A program made the translations under genes and the position numbers. A stretch of 64,000 nt of DNA from the NCBI RefSeq assembly GCF_963921235.1, contig NC_086107.1:104100001-104164000 (forward strand), in the 5' to 3' direction. Origin of the DNA: Mobula hypostoma. Lineage: Eukaryota. The stretch's first letter is position 1; every line of letters starts with the position of its first letter. Under the pieces are notes generated by a model, which was given only the letters and a program-made list of their open reading frames with translations, did no database searches and was not told the origin of the DNA. Positions 63,770 to 64,000 of the stretch are shown one piece after another.

Positions 63770-64000
63770 GTGTGGGACGGACTGGGGGTGCTTGGTGTGT
63801 GTGGGCTGAACTGGGGGTGTTTGGTGCATGTGGGATGGGACTGGGGTGTTTGGTGTGTAGGGGATGGGATAGAGGGTGTTTGGTGTGCAGGGGATGGGAC
63901 AGAGGGTGTTTGGTGTGTAGGGGATGGGACAGAGGGTGTTTGGTGTGTAGGGAATGGGACTGGGGTGTTTGGTGTGTAGGGGATGGGATAGAGGGTGTTT
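63770..64000. repeat. 30-bp G/T-rich minisatellite running off the window end
   Basis: Unit gggtgtttggtgtgtaggggatgggacaga, at least 6 copies. Confidence 0.93.

Overview
This is eukaryotic, intron-containing, very repeat-rich vertebrate DNA. The repeat families (CR1, Rex1/Babar-like LINEs, HE1/V-SINE-like SINEs, Penelope-like elements) suggest a cartilaginous fish such as a ray or shark, which is an inference. Almost all long ORFs in the supplied track come from transposons or from a minisatellite. Manual splicing recovers two + strand protein-coding genes that the track does not show as genes. (1) The last four coding exons of a divergent BAX-like BCL-2 family gene (<=1-153, 1041-1182, 3358-3453, 5181-5282). 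It has BAX intron phases, an intact BH2 and a TM tail, but degenerate BH3 and BH1 motifs. (2) A complete three-coding-exon endocrine FGF gene (45050-45269, 53642-53742, 60972-61145; 164 aa), most likely FGF21 by sequence and by its BAX linkage. It keeps the signal peptide, the Cys pair and the DPLGM Klotho-binding-type motif, but appears to lack the C-terminal part of the beta-trefoil. Mobile DNA of note: Penelope-like insertions with inverted termini, 12-14 bp TSDs and minimal hammerhead ribozymes, and a Hero-like retroelement 3' end nested in a CR1 whose 3' UTR carries a permuted hammerhead-like motif.
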